64,000 bases of DNA from Marsupella aquatica (Eukaryota > Plantae > Marchantiophyta), in NCBI GenBank assembly GCA_973895155.1, contig OZ316893.1, forward strand, positions 1,550,860 through 1,614,859. The letters run 5' to 3'. The translations under genes were made by a program, and so were the position numbers. Shown piece by piece: positions 12,986 to 25,029 of the stretch (positions are counted from its first letter, which is position 1; each line of letters begins with the position of its first letter). Under the pieces are notes generated by a model that was not told the DNA's origin, did not search any database, and was given only the letters and a program-made list of their open reading frames with translations.

Positions 12986-13621
12986 AAGTAATTATATGTG
13001 AAACTTATGGAAGGGCTTTCTGAAATAGAGCCTCAGCAGTGTTTTTTGGCACCACGATTTCTCGTCCGTGATCAGTTGACACATTTTCCATCCATTACGA
13101 ATGCTGTCTCACATTTCAAACATGAGAAGTATTTTCTCACAGAACAGGATATATAATAAGTACTACCGACTTAAATGTCAATTTTTCCTACAGCAGACGT
13201 TCAATGTTCTTTTAGAACACACAACTCAATGTTTGTGCAAAGTACATAATGACATTGAAGTACTAATCCACAATCGGTTCAATCTCATCTACATGAAGTA
13301 TACAATTGTTCACGCGCCAAACGATTCAGCATAATTATGTAAAGATGACCATTTACTTCACTTTCATCATCCAATTTAGCTCTTTGGCTGGATACAAGTG
13401 CCGACTGGTTCATACTCAATGACTATTCTTTCGCCAGCAGCAAGACAACAGCCTTCAAAACAGCTCTCTCGTTAACTAACGGGCAGACTACTTCGATCAA
13501 TTTTGTACAATGTGGCCCAAACTACTATTGGTACATTTCGATTGAGAAAATCTATAGTACAATCTGTGACACTTGTCGAAACGGCAAAAAGGCCGAGGCA
13601 ACACTGTCTACTGCAAGCTCC

Positions 13622-14497
13622 TCAGTGAAAGACTGGGGACTGACGAACCATCTCATCTATGATCAAAGCTGCAAATCCGATCATGGCCAGCCGACCATTC
13701 CATCGCTCAGCTCTGGCGTTGAATGGGCCCAACCGCGTGCATCTGTGGATTCCCCATTGATGATCGGAACCACGGATGCGTAGGCGAAAATCTGCACCGC
13801 TACAATGAAGAACGGGAGTCCTACCGCGCCTGGAGCGAAGAGCTGCTCCATCACAGTTAATCCAGACGCCTTCTCGGCCGGGAAGGCCCACGCGAAACCC
13901 AACATTGCCTGCATGTTCACAGCCATCACAATTTGAGGAAGACTGATTGAATTCTTCTCCAAAGGAATCGATTGACTGAGTACTACGAGAGAACAGAGTT
14001 CAGTCATCGTGTGGAAGTGTCAAATAGAAGACCCTTTATTGGCTGTACAGGCCTCAACATTTCATGTGTCAATCATAGTGTCATATACTTACCAATCGCC
14101 CGTTGATGGTCTCGGGAGCGGCGCCATCGAATGCGAAAATGCTGCCGAGGCTCCTGTCGCCAGTCTCGGGCCGCCTCTCGATTTCCGGGCGTGGGTAGAA
14201 GGAGCCGCTGCTGGGCACAGCTCCGAACACGGACTGCTTCTCAGACTGGTCTGTCTCCTGGTGACGGAGAATGTCCTCCTTGGTGATCTGCTTCTTGGTC
14301 ACCTTGTCCACGGCCTCACGCAATCCTGTGGGGCTCGAGCCATTCTCACTGGCTTGGCAGCGGAAGAGTGGCGCTCTCTTTGGCGCGACAGGCAACCTCA
14401 CAACTCCTCCCTTCAGAACGTGGGCATTGCGGCCCAAAATTGTTGGAGCTGAGATCACTGCCATGGACGACTGCATGACTCCCACTGTTGCTGCCAT
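13622..14497 (-). pseudogene. ELIP: ELIP copy 3 with a 1-bp frameshift in exon 2 (exons 14093-14497 and 13622-13908)
   Basis: Exon 2 is 287 nt versus 288 in intact copies. GGGCCC+AACC at ~13725-13734 versus GGGCCCC+AACC in copy 4 shifts the frame before helix 3. A homopolymer assembly error is possible. Confidence 0.8.
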
Positions 14498-14719
14498 GAT
14501 GCTTGAATCGGTTGCTAGATCGATTGACAAGTTAAGCGAAGGCTACAGGGACGTATACCAAGTTCCTAGTTTCAATGCACAGAGGGAACCGAGAAATAGA
14601 GCAAATTAGACTAAGGAAAAGTTTTCCACGAGCAGCTGAGCTGAGAGAGAAGATCTTGAGTGTATGTTTTCCGCAATGAATGGAAGCACAGATGATGCGA
14701 GGCCGGGGTTCCGGGGGGC

Positions 14720-14727
14720 ATTTATAG
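14720..14727 (-). promoter_or_regulatory. TATA box (CTATAAAT) of ELIP copy 3; equivalents at ~45520-45527 and ~49838-49845
   Basis: Positionally conserved TATAAAT about 200-225 bp upstream of the ATG in copies 3, 4 and 5. Copy 1 has TATAAG and copy 2 has TCTAAAT. Confidence 0.6.
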
Positions 14728-14959
14728 CAGCCGGTGGTGAATCTCGATCATCGATTAGAAGGTCCATGACATGAGTGGCAAATCATTTGGCAAGGACACC
14801 CGTCACTCAAAGAACATCTCCCAAGGGCTGTTAATCTCGACCTTGTAATTTTTGCGGCTATCTCTCGATTTTTGATTGACAAGTCTTCGTCATGGATCTG
14901 CAGCTACTACTCCTTGGATTAATTCTAACCAGGTGCGACAATTACAATAGAAGCTTTCT

Positions 14960-17107
14960 TTTTTTTGCCTTGAAAGACCCAATTGAATTCCATTCAAAAA
15001 GTCAACATACAAAAAGGGGGGCCCAATAGGCACCAACCCAAAGGACCAAAGGTCGAAGCGCTAAGACCGGGGAGGCCGGTACCAGGGAAGAAGCTGGCCC
15101 CCAAAAGGAAGGCGCCTAAACAAGTAATTTAGAGACTACAGCCGGAGCAGCAAACTCCTAAAGACTGGCCAGTGATCAGGTTCCGGCGGGGTTCCTTCCA
15201 GTGGGTCCGTGAGAGAGCAAGAGCTCAATTAGTCAGTCTGCAGTGCAACTTCCAAACCTGAGATAAGATTCTGATTCACGGGGGACGTGGAGGGACAGGT
15301 GGAACTTGGAGAGCTTCATCGTGGATCTCCCACAGGCCTACCCAGGTGCCGTAGTTAAAGGACATCTCATTTCGGGCCTCTCTTGGGGTGGTCTTGCCAG
15401 CCCTAATGCGGACTCTGTGTCGTGCCCAGTCCTTTCGGAGGTAAATTCCGAGTCGATGCTAGGATTTCCGAATAACCCCCTGTGGGTTAGGTCTGATGTG
15501 TTCAAAAAAATGTGTGCTTCTGTCCTTCCACACATTCCAACAAATGATAGCCCGTAGGGTATGCCAAAGCTTTACCGGTGTATCCCACTCATCAGGTAGT
15601 GGCACTCCAACAAAAATGTGTGCGGGCTGAAGGCGAATTGAGTTGCCCGGGCTAGAGAATGCACAAAGTTGGAGAACACATTCCACCCATCTCCAAATGA
15701 TCTGAGACTGATGACAACTCCATATGCAGTGAAGTATGTCTTCCTGTTGATCCAGTCCACACCGGGTGCACCAAGTGCTGGAATCGGAGGGTGGTAGCCG
15801 CGGAAATCTCCAATGTTGTGTTGCCAAGATCCTATAAATCAACTGCCACAAGTAGCAATTTTCACTAGCAGCCCGAAAAGGTAGCCAAGTATCAGCCCAT
15901 AGCGTAAGTGGATCCGGTCTCCAGTTCAAGCTGATGGCCCATTTCTGCACCGCTTTGTGAAGGGATCCAGAAGTTGTACCTTGAATTTCCCTCAGATGTG
16001 CAGTGTGGGTGTCCAGAAAGGGAAGCCCATCTTTCCACTCATATTGTAGCAGGGGTGAAAGGGATCCCAGAGGTCTGCCAATCCGCTGCTTGAGAAAGGG
16101 AGCTCTACCGTGTGATCTCACCAGAACCTGGTGTAGAACGGTACCGATCGGGGGAGTTGAGTTGACTGATTTGTAGAGGAGTCCATTTGCCACCTTGAAG
16201 GTCTGCCGTGGATGTGAAGTATCATTAAATCTCTGCCATTGGGTTGTGACCCGATTCCGCTGTATTTGGTATTCCCAAATGAACAGAGTTCCACAGGGCA
16301 TGATGGCTTCCATAAAGATAGGAACGAGTTGCTCAGGCTCGCCATGTAGTTCTGGTACACTCCTGAGGTTGGCAATAAGCTTGCGGTAGGCACGGGCGCA
16401 ATTCCCTGGGAGTATCAAATTCGGGCCTGTCTCCCATTCGATGAAACTTCCCTGTACATCAAGGACATCCTGCATGGAAATAAATCCTGCCCTCCTGATT
16501 TTCCTCTGTGGATTGCTACGGCATTTGGCTGCATTAGCATGGACGTGATTGATGTGCGGGGTCCAAAGAGGAAGATCACGCCATCCTTCTAAATGAGCAG
16601 GGGGTGTGGGACGGAGGTTCTTCTTGATGACGTTCCACCCTGTACAAACATTGGTCCAAACCTTCGAACCATTGTGTGGCAATGTGTGGCAGTGTGAGAA
16701 TACCCACGAGAAGTCCTCCCCTCCCCATTTCTGCTTAGAGAGTTGTTTAATCTCGTGCTGTAGAATTCGACGCAGTGGGTGATCCCCTTCGGCCAGTGCC
16801 CAAGTGATGAAATTGCCTGCCAATGCCCTGAATTGCGCCACCAATGAGATGAGTCCTAGTCCCCCCAGCCGCTTCGGTCGAGTGATAGTAGCAAAGGCAA
16901 CCCTCGATCGGGCCTTCTCGTTCTGCCCTGCCCACACGAAGGCAGTGATTTTTCTTCTGAAGTGTAGCCAGGTGTGCAGCTGCCCAGTCCAGACCGTGAG
17001 CATAAACCAAAGAGTGCTCATGACTAAATGGTTAGCGACCGTGACACAAGCAATAAGGGACCCCGAACTCCGACGGACCTTGTCTAGTCTGGATTCAAGC
17101 TTCTCCG
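14960..17107 (-). mobile_element. 5'-truncated LINE (L1/Tx1-like) inserted in the ELIP copy 3 upstream region
   Basis: 16-bp TSD ACAATAGAAGC(T/G)TTCT at 14944-14959 and 17108-17123, with the single empty site in copy 4 at ~45741-45756. Short poly(A) (T run on +) at 14960-14966. Encodes the ORF2 C-terminus. Confidence 0.9.
15276..17107 (-). pseudogene. LINE ORF2 C-terminal fragment (post-RT region plus zf-RVT)
   Basis: Motifs FVW..RVAF.TITRPK.LGGLGL and WCTRC...EDILHCIWSC. After the in-frame TAG at 15459-15461 the frame stays open to a TGA at 15276-15278. Confidence 0.82.
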
Positions 17108-18269
17108 ACAATAGAAGCGTTCTGCAAAGCATCTGGGGAGACAGTCTGTGATTTCTGTTCCCCATCTCTTTCTTCGAATAGCCATCCTTCAATTTCCCAG
17201 GTGTCGAAAGAACAAACGAGATACGTTACCAAATGACGGACTAATATAATATAAAATGTTTGTGGCCGTTGAGGCAGCTCCGATGAATCAATTTTCTGGA
17301 AAATTCAGGAGACCAGATTGATGGTTTGGCGCTAAAGTTGCAATGATTTGGCATCATGTTCACTGATCAGGTTCGAATCGAATTGAAAGCCACTGCTTAA
17401 TTGCAGATTGTCCACCACCAGCCAGCTGTGCATGCGCATGAGTTGAGGCGCTTGACCGAAATCGGGCGTCGACTTGTTGGCAGAATTTTGCGACATGTGT
17501 ACAGCACGGAACGGGAGTTGGAACACGCTTGGCACAGTCTTCAGTTCAGTGATTTCGGTGGTGAGAAACTCGACACCCATGATTGTTGGTCTTGTTCGAC
17601 CTTCGCTAGCGAGGAACGGAGGCTCGAATTGTTTCGCTCAAGACTACATGAGCTCTGGATAACTGCACACTCCCGGGAAGAAGCCTCTTGTGCATACTGG
17701 AGTGTTTGTACTAAGTTATAAGTACATACACTTGATATTTACGTTTATCAAAAATAGAAAAAAAATTATGTAATACATTAAGATGACATATTCCAAAGAA
17801 CTCCCCCTTCTCTTTCCTTCTCTTTAATAGTGACTCCATGGGAACCCCTTCTCTTTCGCTCTCTTTAATAGTGACTCCCTCTTACTAATAAAGCGCAAAC
17901 TGCATACTACTTTTCGCAAGGTAGGGTCTAGAGTGAAGCCTCTAGACCGTAACTCTATGGTCATTATGTGCATGGAAAAAACTTATGACATGACTATGAT
18001 ATATATACATGCCAATTTTATGTGATAATTTTTAAATATTTACACTAAGAAAATATAGGTAGTATTGTTAGGTATTTACTCAAGGTCTAGGGTTACGGCA
18101 TGTAACCGTAATTAGACTAACCGTAGTCGGAGATGTGGTTAGGTTAACTAGGATGCACACTATATGCCAAGCGGTGTTTGCTTGGATAAGTGGAACTTAG
18201 GCTCATTGTTACGGACACTACAACACTACCAACCCCTTTTGCGAACCCCGTCCCATCGCAACTAACAAA

Positions 18270-19880
18270 CACTAGTACATTTTACCTCCTTTTTCCGATT
18301 CTCTCCACATCGGACGCCTTTGTAAAATAAAATTTGAAAAACCATATATCCGATACTACTAGCATCGCAACATGCCATTTTAATAGTATCGGATATCGAC
18401 AATCGGACTTCTATCGGAAAGTCCGATGGTGGGAGAATGGGAAAGTCCGATGGTGGGAGAATGGGAAAGTCCGATGGTGAGAGAATGGGAAAGTCCCATG
18501 CTAGGAGAATGGGAAAGTCCGATGGTGAGAGAATGGGAAAGTCCGATGCTAGGAGAATGGGAAAGTTCGAAGCAATCAAAATGGGATATGCATTTCAGCG
18601 GACGCGACATGCTCAGGTCACCCATCTCTTCCTTTAATTGGGTTTCTACTTTCATTTGGAACTATGAGCTAGGTGCCCATCTCCCTTGACATGTGAACTC
18701 TTCAAATTTTCTCAACTAATTGGTCACCCATCCCAATTGCTATTCCTCCAATATGAGCTTAACTTTGTGGTTCTTATTCCTTACATTGTACATGCAAGCT
18801 TAGCACTTTTGTTGTTTGACTTAGAGTGTTTGGGGATTTTATACACTTGTGAGTTTACTAAGACCCATAATTTGGACCCATTCTTGATCCATTTTTCTCT
18901 ATCATGAGATTAGATCTTTGCATCAAGTGACCTATTCTAGTTACCCTATTACATTCCCCTAGGAGAAACCAATAGAAATCTGGCAGGGGTCATTCATCGA
19001 TAGTAAAGCCCTCCTTCATTAGATTTGATATGGGATAATTATGGCTTATTAGTTATGGATGATATTTTGGTCCTTCCAAAGCCTCAACGTCAATGGCTCC
19101 TGATTGTCTCATCTTTTATCAACTATGTTGTTGTTGGACTTGCAACAAAGACTACATGGGACAAGCAACCTCCTTCTAGATGATGTATTTTGGACTTGGC
19201 ATGTTGAGCACATATTTCCGTAAGGGAACAATATGTTGGGTCTTGGAATGAGGCAAAAACAACACTCAAGTCCATTTGCCTCAAGTATGAAGTTATTCAT
19301 GCATGCAAGAATGATTGCATCTTTTGGGAAGAGTATGTCGGTGCAACCACATACCCCATCTAACACATCAAAACTTTTCATTCTAACACAATCAAAAATT
19401 TTCTTTTTGTCATAACCGGACTTTCCCATACTCCCAGCATCGGACTTTCCCATTCTTCCAGCATCGGACTTTCCCATTCTTCTAGAATCGGACTTTCCCA
19501 TACTCCCAGCATCGGACTTTCCCATTCTCCCAACATCGGACTTTGCCATGTTAGCACAATCGGATATAATATCCGTTATTATTAACTACGGAAAGTTTCC
19601 GATCAATATTGTAACGCACATCATTTTCGTTACAAAAAACATCGGACATATCAATCAAAGTTTCTATTGAGGGATCCGATGTTTTTTCTAACAGATATGA
19701 TCCGTTTTTTAACGCATCGGAAAGGTTCCGTTGTCAATTATATCGGAAATGAAGATATCCGAAGCCGAGAGTATGGCATATTGCCATTTTTTGATAATCG
19801 GAATTTCCGATGCTAAAAGAATCGGACGCCGATTGTTCGCAAAAATTGAGCATCGGAAATCAGCTTAATATGTACTAGTG
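18270..19880. mobile_element. Second, non-autonomous CACTA element nested in the left end of the large CACTA
   Basis: TIR CACTAGTACAT...ATGTACTAGTG, TSD AAA, and inverted arrays of a 24-bp unit (GGGAAAGTCCGATG.. at ~18415-18570; CATCGGACTTTCCC.. at ~19416-19550). Confidence 0.88.
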
Positions 19881-20474
19881 AAAGGACCAAATTATGAAAT
19901 TCCGGCGTTTGCAAAACGCTACGCATCGCAACCCTTTCACATTCTTTGAAACCCACAGCTTCGCAATCGGACTTTCGCAACCTCTTCGCAACACCTTCGC
20001 ACACTGCGAAACTTATTTTATCGCACATAAATCACATTTATGCGATCTCGACAGACTCTTTATCGGTTTGCAACGCGCTCTGAACTATAACTTATTTGCG
20101 AAGCTGTTGTCTTGACAATTCTGTTGCCATTCATATGGTATCGCATAACTGCGTCAGTCAGGGTGTCGCACAATTGCGGAACCAAAAGTATCGCAATGTT
20201 CCAATACTCAATGTATGGCAAGTTTGCGATAGTATGGCGTTCGCATGTATTTCGCAAGGATAGTTTGAGGGCTGGGTTTTGTATATTTGGGTTCATAATT
20301 GGGTTGGGGTCTTATTGCTCCACATGAAGATACCAAAGCAAAACTTTATATATGCCAAAAATCCCTGAATGTACAAAAATTAGGGTTTTCTAAAACCCTA
20401 TGGGGTATCAAATACCAAGACACTGTCCTTTGACTAATCCATATGCCATATGGAGTGAACTACATCTGCATCCT

Positions 20475-22525
20475 CTATAATGGAGCCCGCCTACTCCTCT
20501 TTGCTGGCCTCTTCCCCTTGTCCTTCTTGCTTTGGGCGGGACGAGCTGGACGGGAGGGGGGTGGTGGTGGTGGTGGTGGTGCCTGCTGCTCCTCCCCATC
20601 TGGCTCATCCTCATCATCGTCATCATCCTCATCATCATCCTCCTGGTCTCCTGGTGTGCTAGGTGTGGCAGCACTCCCTGCCCCTTTGGACCCACTCGTG
20701 GTGGCCCCGGTAGTGTCCCCATCATCAGCGCCGCTATCCTCCTCACTGCTATCCTCACTCCCCTCCTGCTCCTCCTTATCCTGCTTCCATGTCACAAGGT
20801 TAATTCGGGTTTAGGGTTAATAGAAAAAATGTATAAACCTTATAAATGGAATGGGTGCGGGTTTAGAAAGGGTACTACAAATCACTCACACTAGCCAACT
20901 CTGCATCAACCAACTCAAAGAGATGTTTGGCCCCATGCTCTGCCCCTATCTCCATCTCCTTTGTTGTTATCTTGCGGCGGTACCTCTTATACTACCACAA
21001 AAAAATGAAACACCAAAACATAAGGGGCCCGGGTTAGTAACTAAGGGTACTTAAGCAAAAAAGGAATCCTAAAAAGGGTAAAAAGGGTACCCTAACCAGA
21101 AAAAAACCCCTTTACCCTAACAAACATTTGTCACTCGACACTAAACATTTTTCAAAATGAAACAAGCTTTGCGAAACTCCCACCTTCGCAAATTCAAATA
21201 TATTTAAGTTTGCGAAATAGACTGCGAATCGGATTGCTTCGCAATGGCTTCGCAAACCTTACGGGAAAAAGGTTATAATAGAGTTTGCGAAACAATTGCG
21301 AGGCAACCCGCTTCGCAATTGTTTCGCAAACTGTGCTTTTAAAAAAATCCGAGAAATGGCTAAGGCACGCAATGTGTCAGGGTGACCTAAAACGAAAGGG
21401 GAGGCCATAAGGGGTAAAGCAGAGGTCTGCGAGGGGCATTGCAGGCAAGCAAACAACAATTGAAGGCGAAGGAAAAGAAGTAGGGGAGGAGGGGAGAGGA
21501 CTCACGAAGGTTGCTTTCAGGCCAGGAAGTCCACCTTGCCCCATCTTGTGTGTGGTCTTGGGGCGTTTGCTGACTCGGTCTACTGCAAGGATGAACTTCT
21601 GGGGTGGTGTCCCCACTTCATCCACGATGTGCTGCAGCTGAGAGACCTTCTCAGCCAATGCCTTGAGGTCTTGGTCTGACTTCCCGGCCTGAAGTGCCTT
21701 GGCCTCCTTCTCCTTCCAGAATTGGAGGTCCTTGGCTGCTTTCAGCTGCACCTCGACCTTATAGAACGCGTTCCACACATCCTCTGTGAATTGCACTGGC
21801 CTCCTCATGTTCCTGTACTCCTGCAAGCTTGCCAGGTAGGCCCTCACCTTCCTCCTATCATGGTATCGTGCTTGAGACATTGAATTCGAAATTCTATCTG
21901 CAAGCCACTGGTCATCAATCTCTGCTCCATTTCTGAATGAATCTTTGACCTGAGTCATTACTTTCCTCTGCTCTGCTCTGCTTAGTTTCCCCCACTCAAC
22001 ACCTCGTGCAAAGCTAGTCCTCACAGCAAGCCTGATAGTGCTCTTTGCCCCAGTGTAGGCCAACTCAGTAGGAATGCCCTCAACCAAGGCAATCAATGGC
22101 AGCTTCTTCCTCTCTTCCTCCTTTTTCCGCTGCGCCTCACGTTGTGCTCGAATCTCATCTCGTTCCTCCCTTCTCCTCTTCTTTTCGAGGGCTGCAGGAG
22201 AGAGTACTCCTGCCTTAGCCCTCTCCTCCTTCTTTCGTTTCTTCTCTCTGGCCTTCTCCTCAGCTGCAGCCTTTGCCTCTTTCTCCCTCTGAGCCTGCCC
22301 TGCTGCAACCCCGGTTTGCAAAGCTTTCCCTAGAATTGCACTCAAAGAAGCAATCCCAACTGGTGTACTCAAATCCAAATGGCTCAGTTGTGTGGCATTG
22401 AGATGCTCGGCCATCAAATTCGTCCATTGATTACTCTCCTCATTCCTATTCCCTCCATTGCCATTGCCACTCCCACTCCCACTTGCCCCTGCCCCATCCC
22501 CTCCACGCCCTCCACTAGAATCCAT
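20475..22525 (-). CDS. CACTA accessory (TnpA / Ptta-En/Spm-like) protein, 3 exons (21506-22525, 20890-20991, 20475-20780), ~475 aa
   Basis: Two phase-0 GTGAG..AG introns join into one open frame. It has a coiled-coil N-terminal region, RP..F.EDVW and HKMGQGG motifs reminiscent of Transposase_24, and an acidic/Pro-rich tail ending in an NLS-like KKDKGKRPAKRSRR. Confidence 0.7.
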
Positions 22526-23878
22526 AGCTATCCAACACCAAGCGCGCGCAAGCTCTCCTCCTGCCCTCCCTCACTTCAAAAAACGTCGAATGGGCCTCGT
22601 AACCCGGCGGGAAGGTCCGAATGCCCAGACAAAATACATTTGCAACGCAGTCCGCATCGCAATTTGCGAATCAGCCCGCTTCGCAACTAGTATCTCAACT
22701 TTCCAAAACCAATGCAAAACCACACGCTTCGCAAAGCTGCAGAGACGCGAAAAAACGCTCTCGGGCTCTGTTTTTCCGAAGCTGTTGCGAAACATTTTGC
22801 TTCGCAAATAATGTGACCAAATTCTGAAGCAGGTTGCGAAGCAGGTCGGTTCTCAATATCGTGGCAATTCCTGGCGAAATTTTTTTTCACATTCTTTCCC
22901 TCCTCCTTTTGTTTAGGCCATGTAAGTTATACTAGGCCCTTTTGTGCAATTAAGAAATTCCGCCGTTTCAAATCCTAGCATTTGTTAGGGTTGGGTCTTG
23001 GATGAAGTTGGTTTTTTAGGGGTTAAAAGCGAGATTACCAGTCAAACCTTCCGTTTTTTAAGCTATACATGGTGTGGGTGTAGGCTAATTTTGATAAGAG
23101 TTGGGTTTTGGTTTAAAATTAATAAGTGAGGAAAGGGTTTAGGATTAAAGTTGGGTTTGGGTTTAGGGTTTAAGTCTTTAATTTTGGGTTTAAGCAGGGT
23201 TTGCATTTATGGTTGTAGGCTTTTAGGGTTCAAGCAAGGGTTTAGGGTTTAAAACAAAAGAGAGGAAGGGGATTGGGAGTGAGGGTCTAGGTTTTTGTAA
23301 TAGGTCAGAGGTTTGGGGGTGAGGGTTTGGAAAAGGCAAAGCAAGGTTAGATGAGATTAATGTTTTAGTTGTTTTACCATGGGTTTTATGGGTTTTAATG
23401 GGTTTATGGATCTTTTGGGTTTTAATGGTTTTTCCATGGGTTTTATGCTAACAAAGGAGGAGGAGCTATGACAACTTGCAGGGTGCGGCACTTTTGCATG
23501 AATTGATACTAGCTAATGCGTATGCATCGTGAGAGCCCGGGCATCTGGAGGTACGGACTAAAATAGATGGGTCTAGTTAGGCTTATTCATGTAATTAAAA
23601 TTTTTGGTTCCCACTATCTATAAAGAGGACATGTATGTAAGGTGTTCGCTTTGTGTACTTGCAGCTTTTCTCATACTTCCAGATTCGGTTCATTATTTTT
23701 GAGCCACAAGACCTATTGGCACCGCTGAGCCTGGGTCTCAGAAAGGTATTTTTTAGTGTTCCTTTTGTGTTTGGTTTCATGTCATCATTACTTGAGAACT
23801 TACATTTGTCCAGCTTGATATTGTGATGTTATTTGGTAATAACCCCTAACTTGCAAATTATACATCTTTGTAGGGGCA

Positions 23879-25029
23879 ATGTCTTCATCTTCTGAGATCT
23901 CCACCACAGATTCTTCCTCCTCCGATGAAGATATACCACCTCCTCCTCAACCTCACACGACTGCACCTCCTCCTCGTGGTCCACCCCGTCAGCTTTGCCA
24001 ATGTGCCAAATGCGTGGGTCAGGTTTCCCAAAAGTCCTATATATGCACCCAGCATATTGAGAGATATGGACGTTACGGACGTCATACAACAGGGGCTTCC
24101 TCATCCCATGTGGTAAGTGTTTACGCCTTAGTTTCTACCCTATTTCCACATCGCAATGGTGAAGGTTTTTAATTTCACACCTCTTGTTGTTTGTTTTGGT
24201 TTGGGTGGAATAGGTATCTAGTAGGCCTAGACCTGCGGCATCAGCACCTTATGTCCCATCACAAGGTGTTCTAGATGCTATAGGCAATGCATTCTCACAA
24301 GCCTTGGGTCTAGCAACAGCCCCCTCCAGTCCTAGGGCAGTTGGGGGTGAGCCTATTGTCCCAAGAGGGAGAAAGCGTTCCAAGAGACGGCCCCGAGGGG
24401 ATACTGATTTGTACAAGGCAGTGGTTACCGGTAGGTGGGGTGATTGTGAGTTTACTGGCACATGTGTTCCTATCATCAAGGACTGGGATCCCCAGACTCT
24501 TGGTTTGCCACAAGAGCTTTCCTATGGTGAGGAGGTAGAGGTTTGGGGAAGACGTTGGGTTATCAAACCTTCCACACTTGGGGATAGACATGGCTATGGA
24601 GTTTTTGCTTGTGAAGACATCATTGTGGATACCAAGAGTGGTAGTGGTGGACGCGGTCGAGAAGGACCTACGTTGTTTCCTTATGGTGGACCCATCTACA
24701 AGAGAAGACATTGGAACATGATCCTTGCACAACATCCTGAGTGGAAGACTTATGCCTTGGAGTTAGATACTTTTGATGGAAACACTAGGAGGTATAGTGA
24801 GCAACGGGTGATAGATGGGGACCCCATACGAACTGGGAATATAGTTGGTTTCATAAACAGTACTGTGGGGACTCGCCACAAGCGTAGGCAAAATTGTGAG
24901 TGGGTATTCATTGAGTGTCCTCCACCAGCCCCTTATGGCTAGACATATCATCATGACCATTGTCTGGTTGTAGCTACTAGGACCATTCACTCAGGTGATG
25001 AGTTGTTTACTCACTATGTGTGGGATTAG
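23879..25029 (+). pseudogene. Transposase-associated Zn exon (23879-24112) plus SET-domain exon (24214-25029) with one in-frame TAG at 24940-24942
   Basis: Exon 1 encodes CQCAKC...H..RYG and ends at a GTAAGT donor. Exon 2 has SET motifs GYGVFACEDI, YGG, IDG..GNIVGFINS, and, after the TAG, VVATRTIHSGDELFTHY. Confidence 0.8.

Noticed and set aside
17108-17192. N-terminus of the 577-aa ORF
   Set aside because: Lies outside the LINE, in the TSD and ELIP upstream flank; a chance read-through.
18262-18689. Repetitive peptides (SDFPIL / GEWESPM)
   Set aside because: Translation artefacts of the 24-bp subterminal repeat.
23090-23350. Interstitial telomere
   Set aside because: Only scattered degenerate TTTAGGG units inside the CACTA, not a tandem array.
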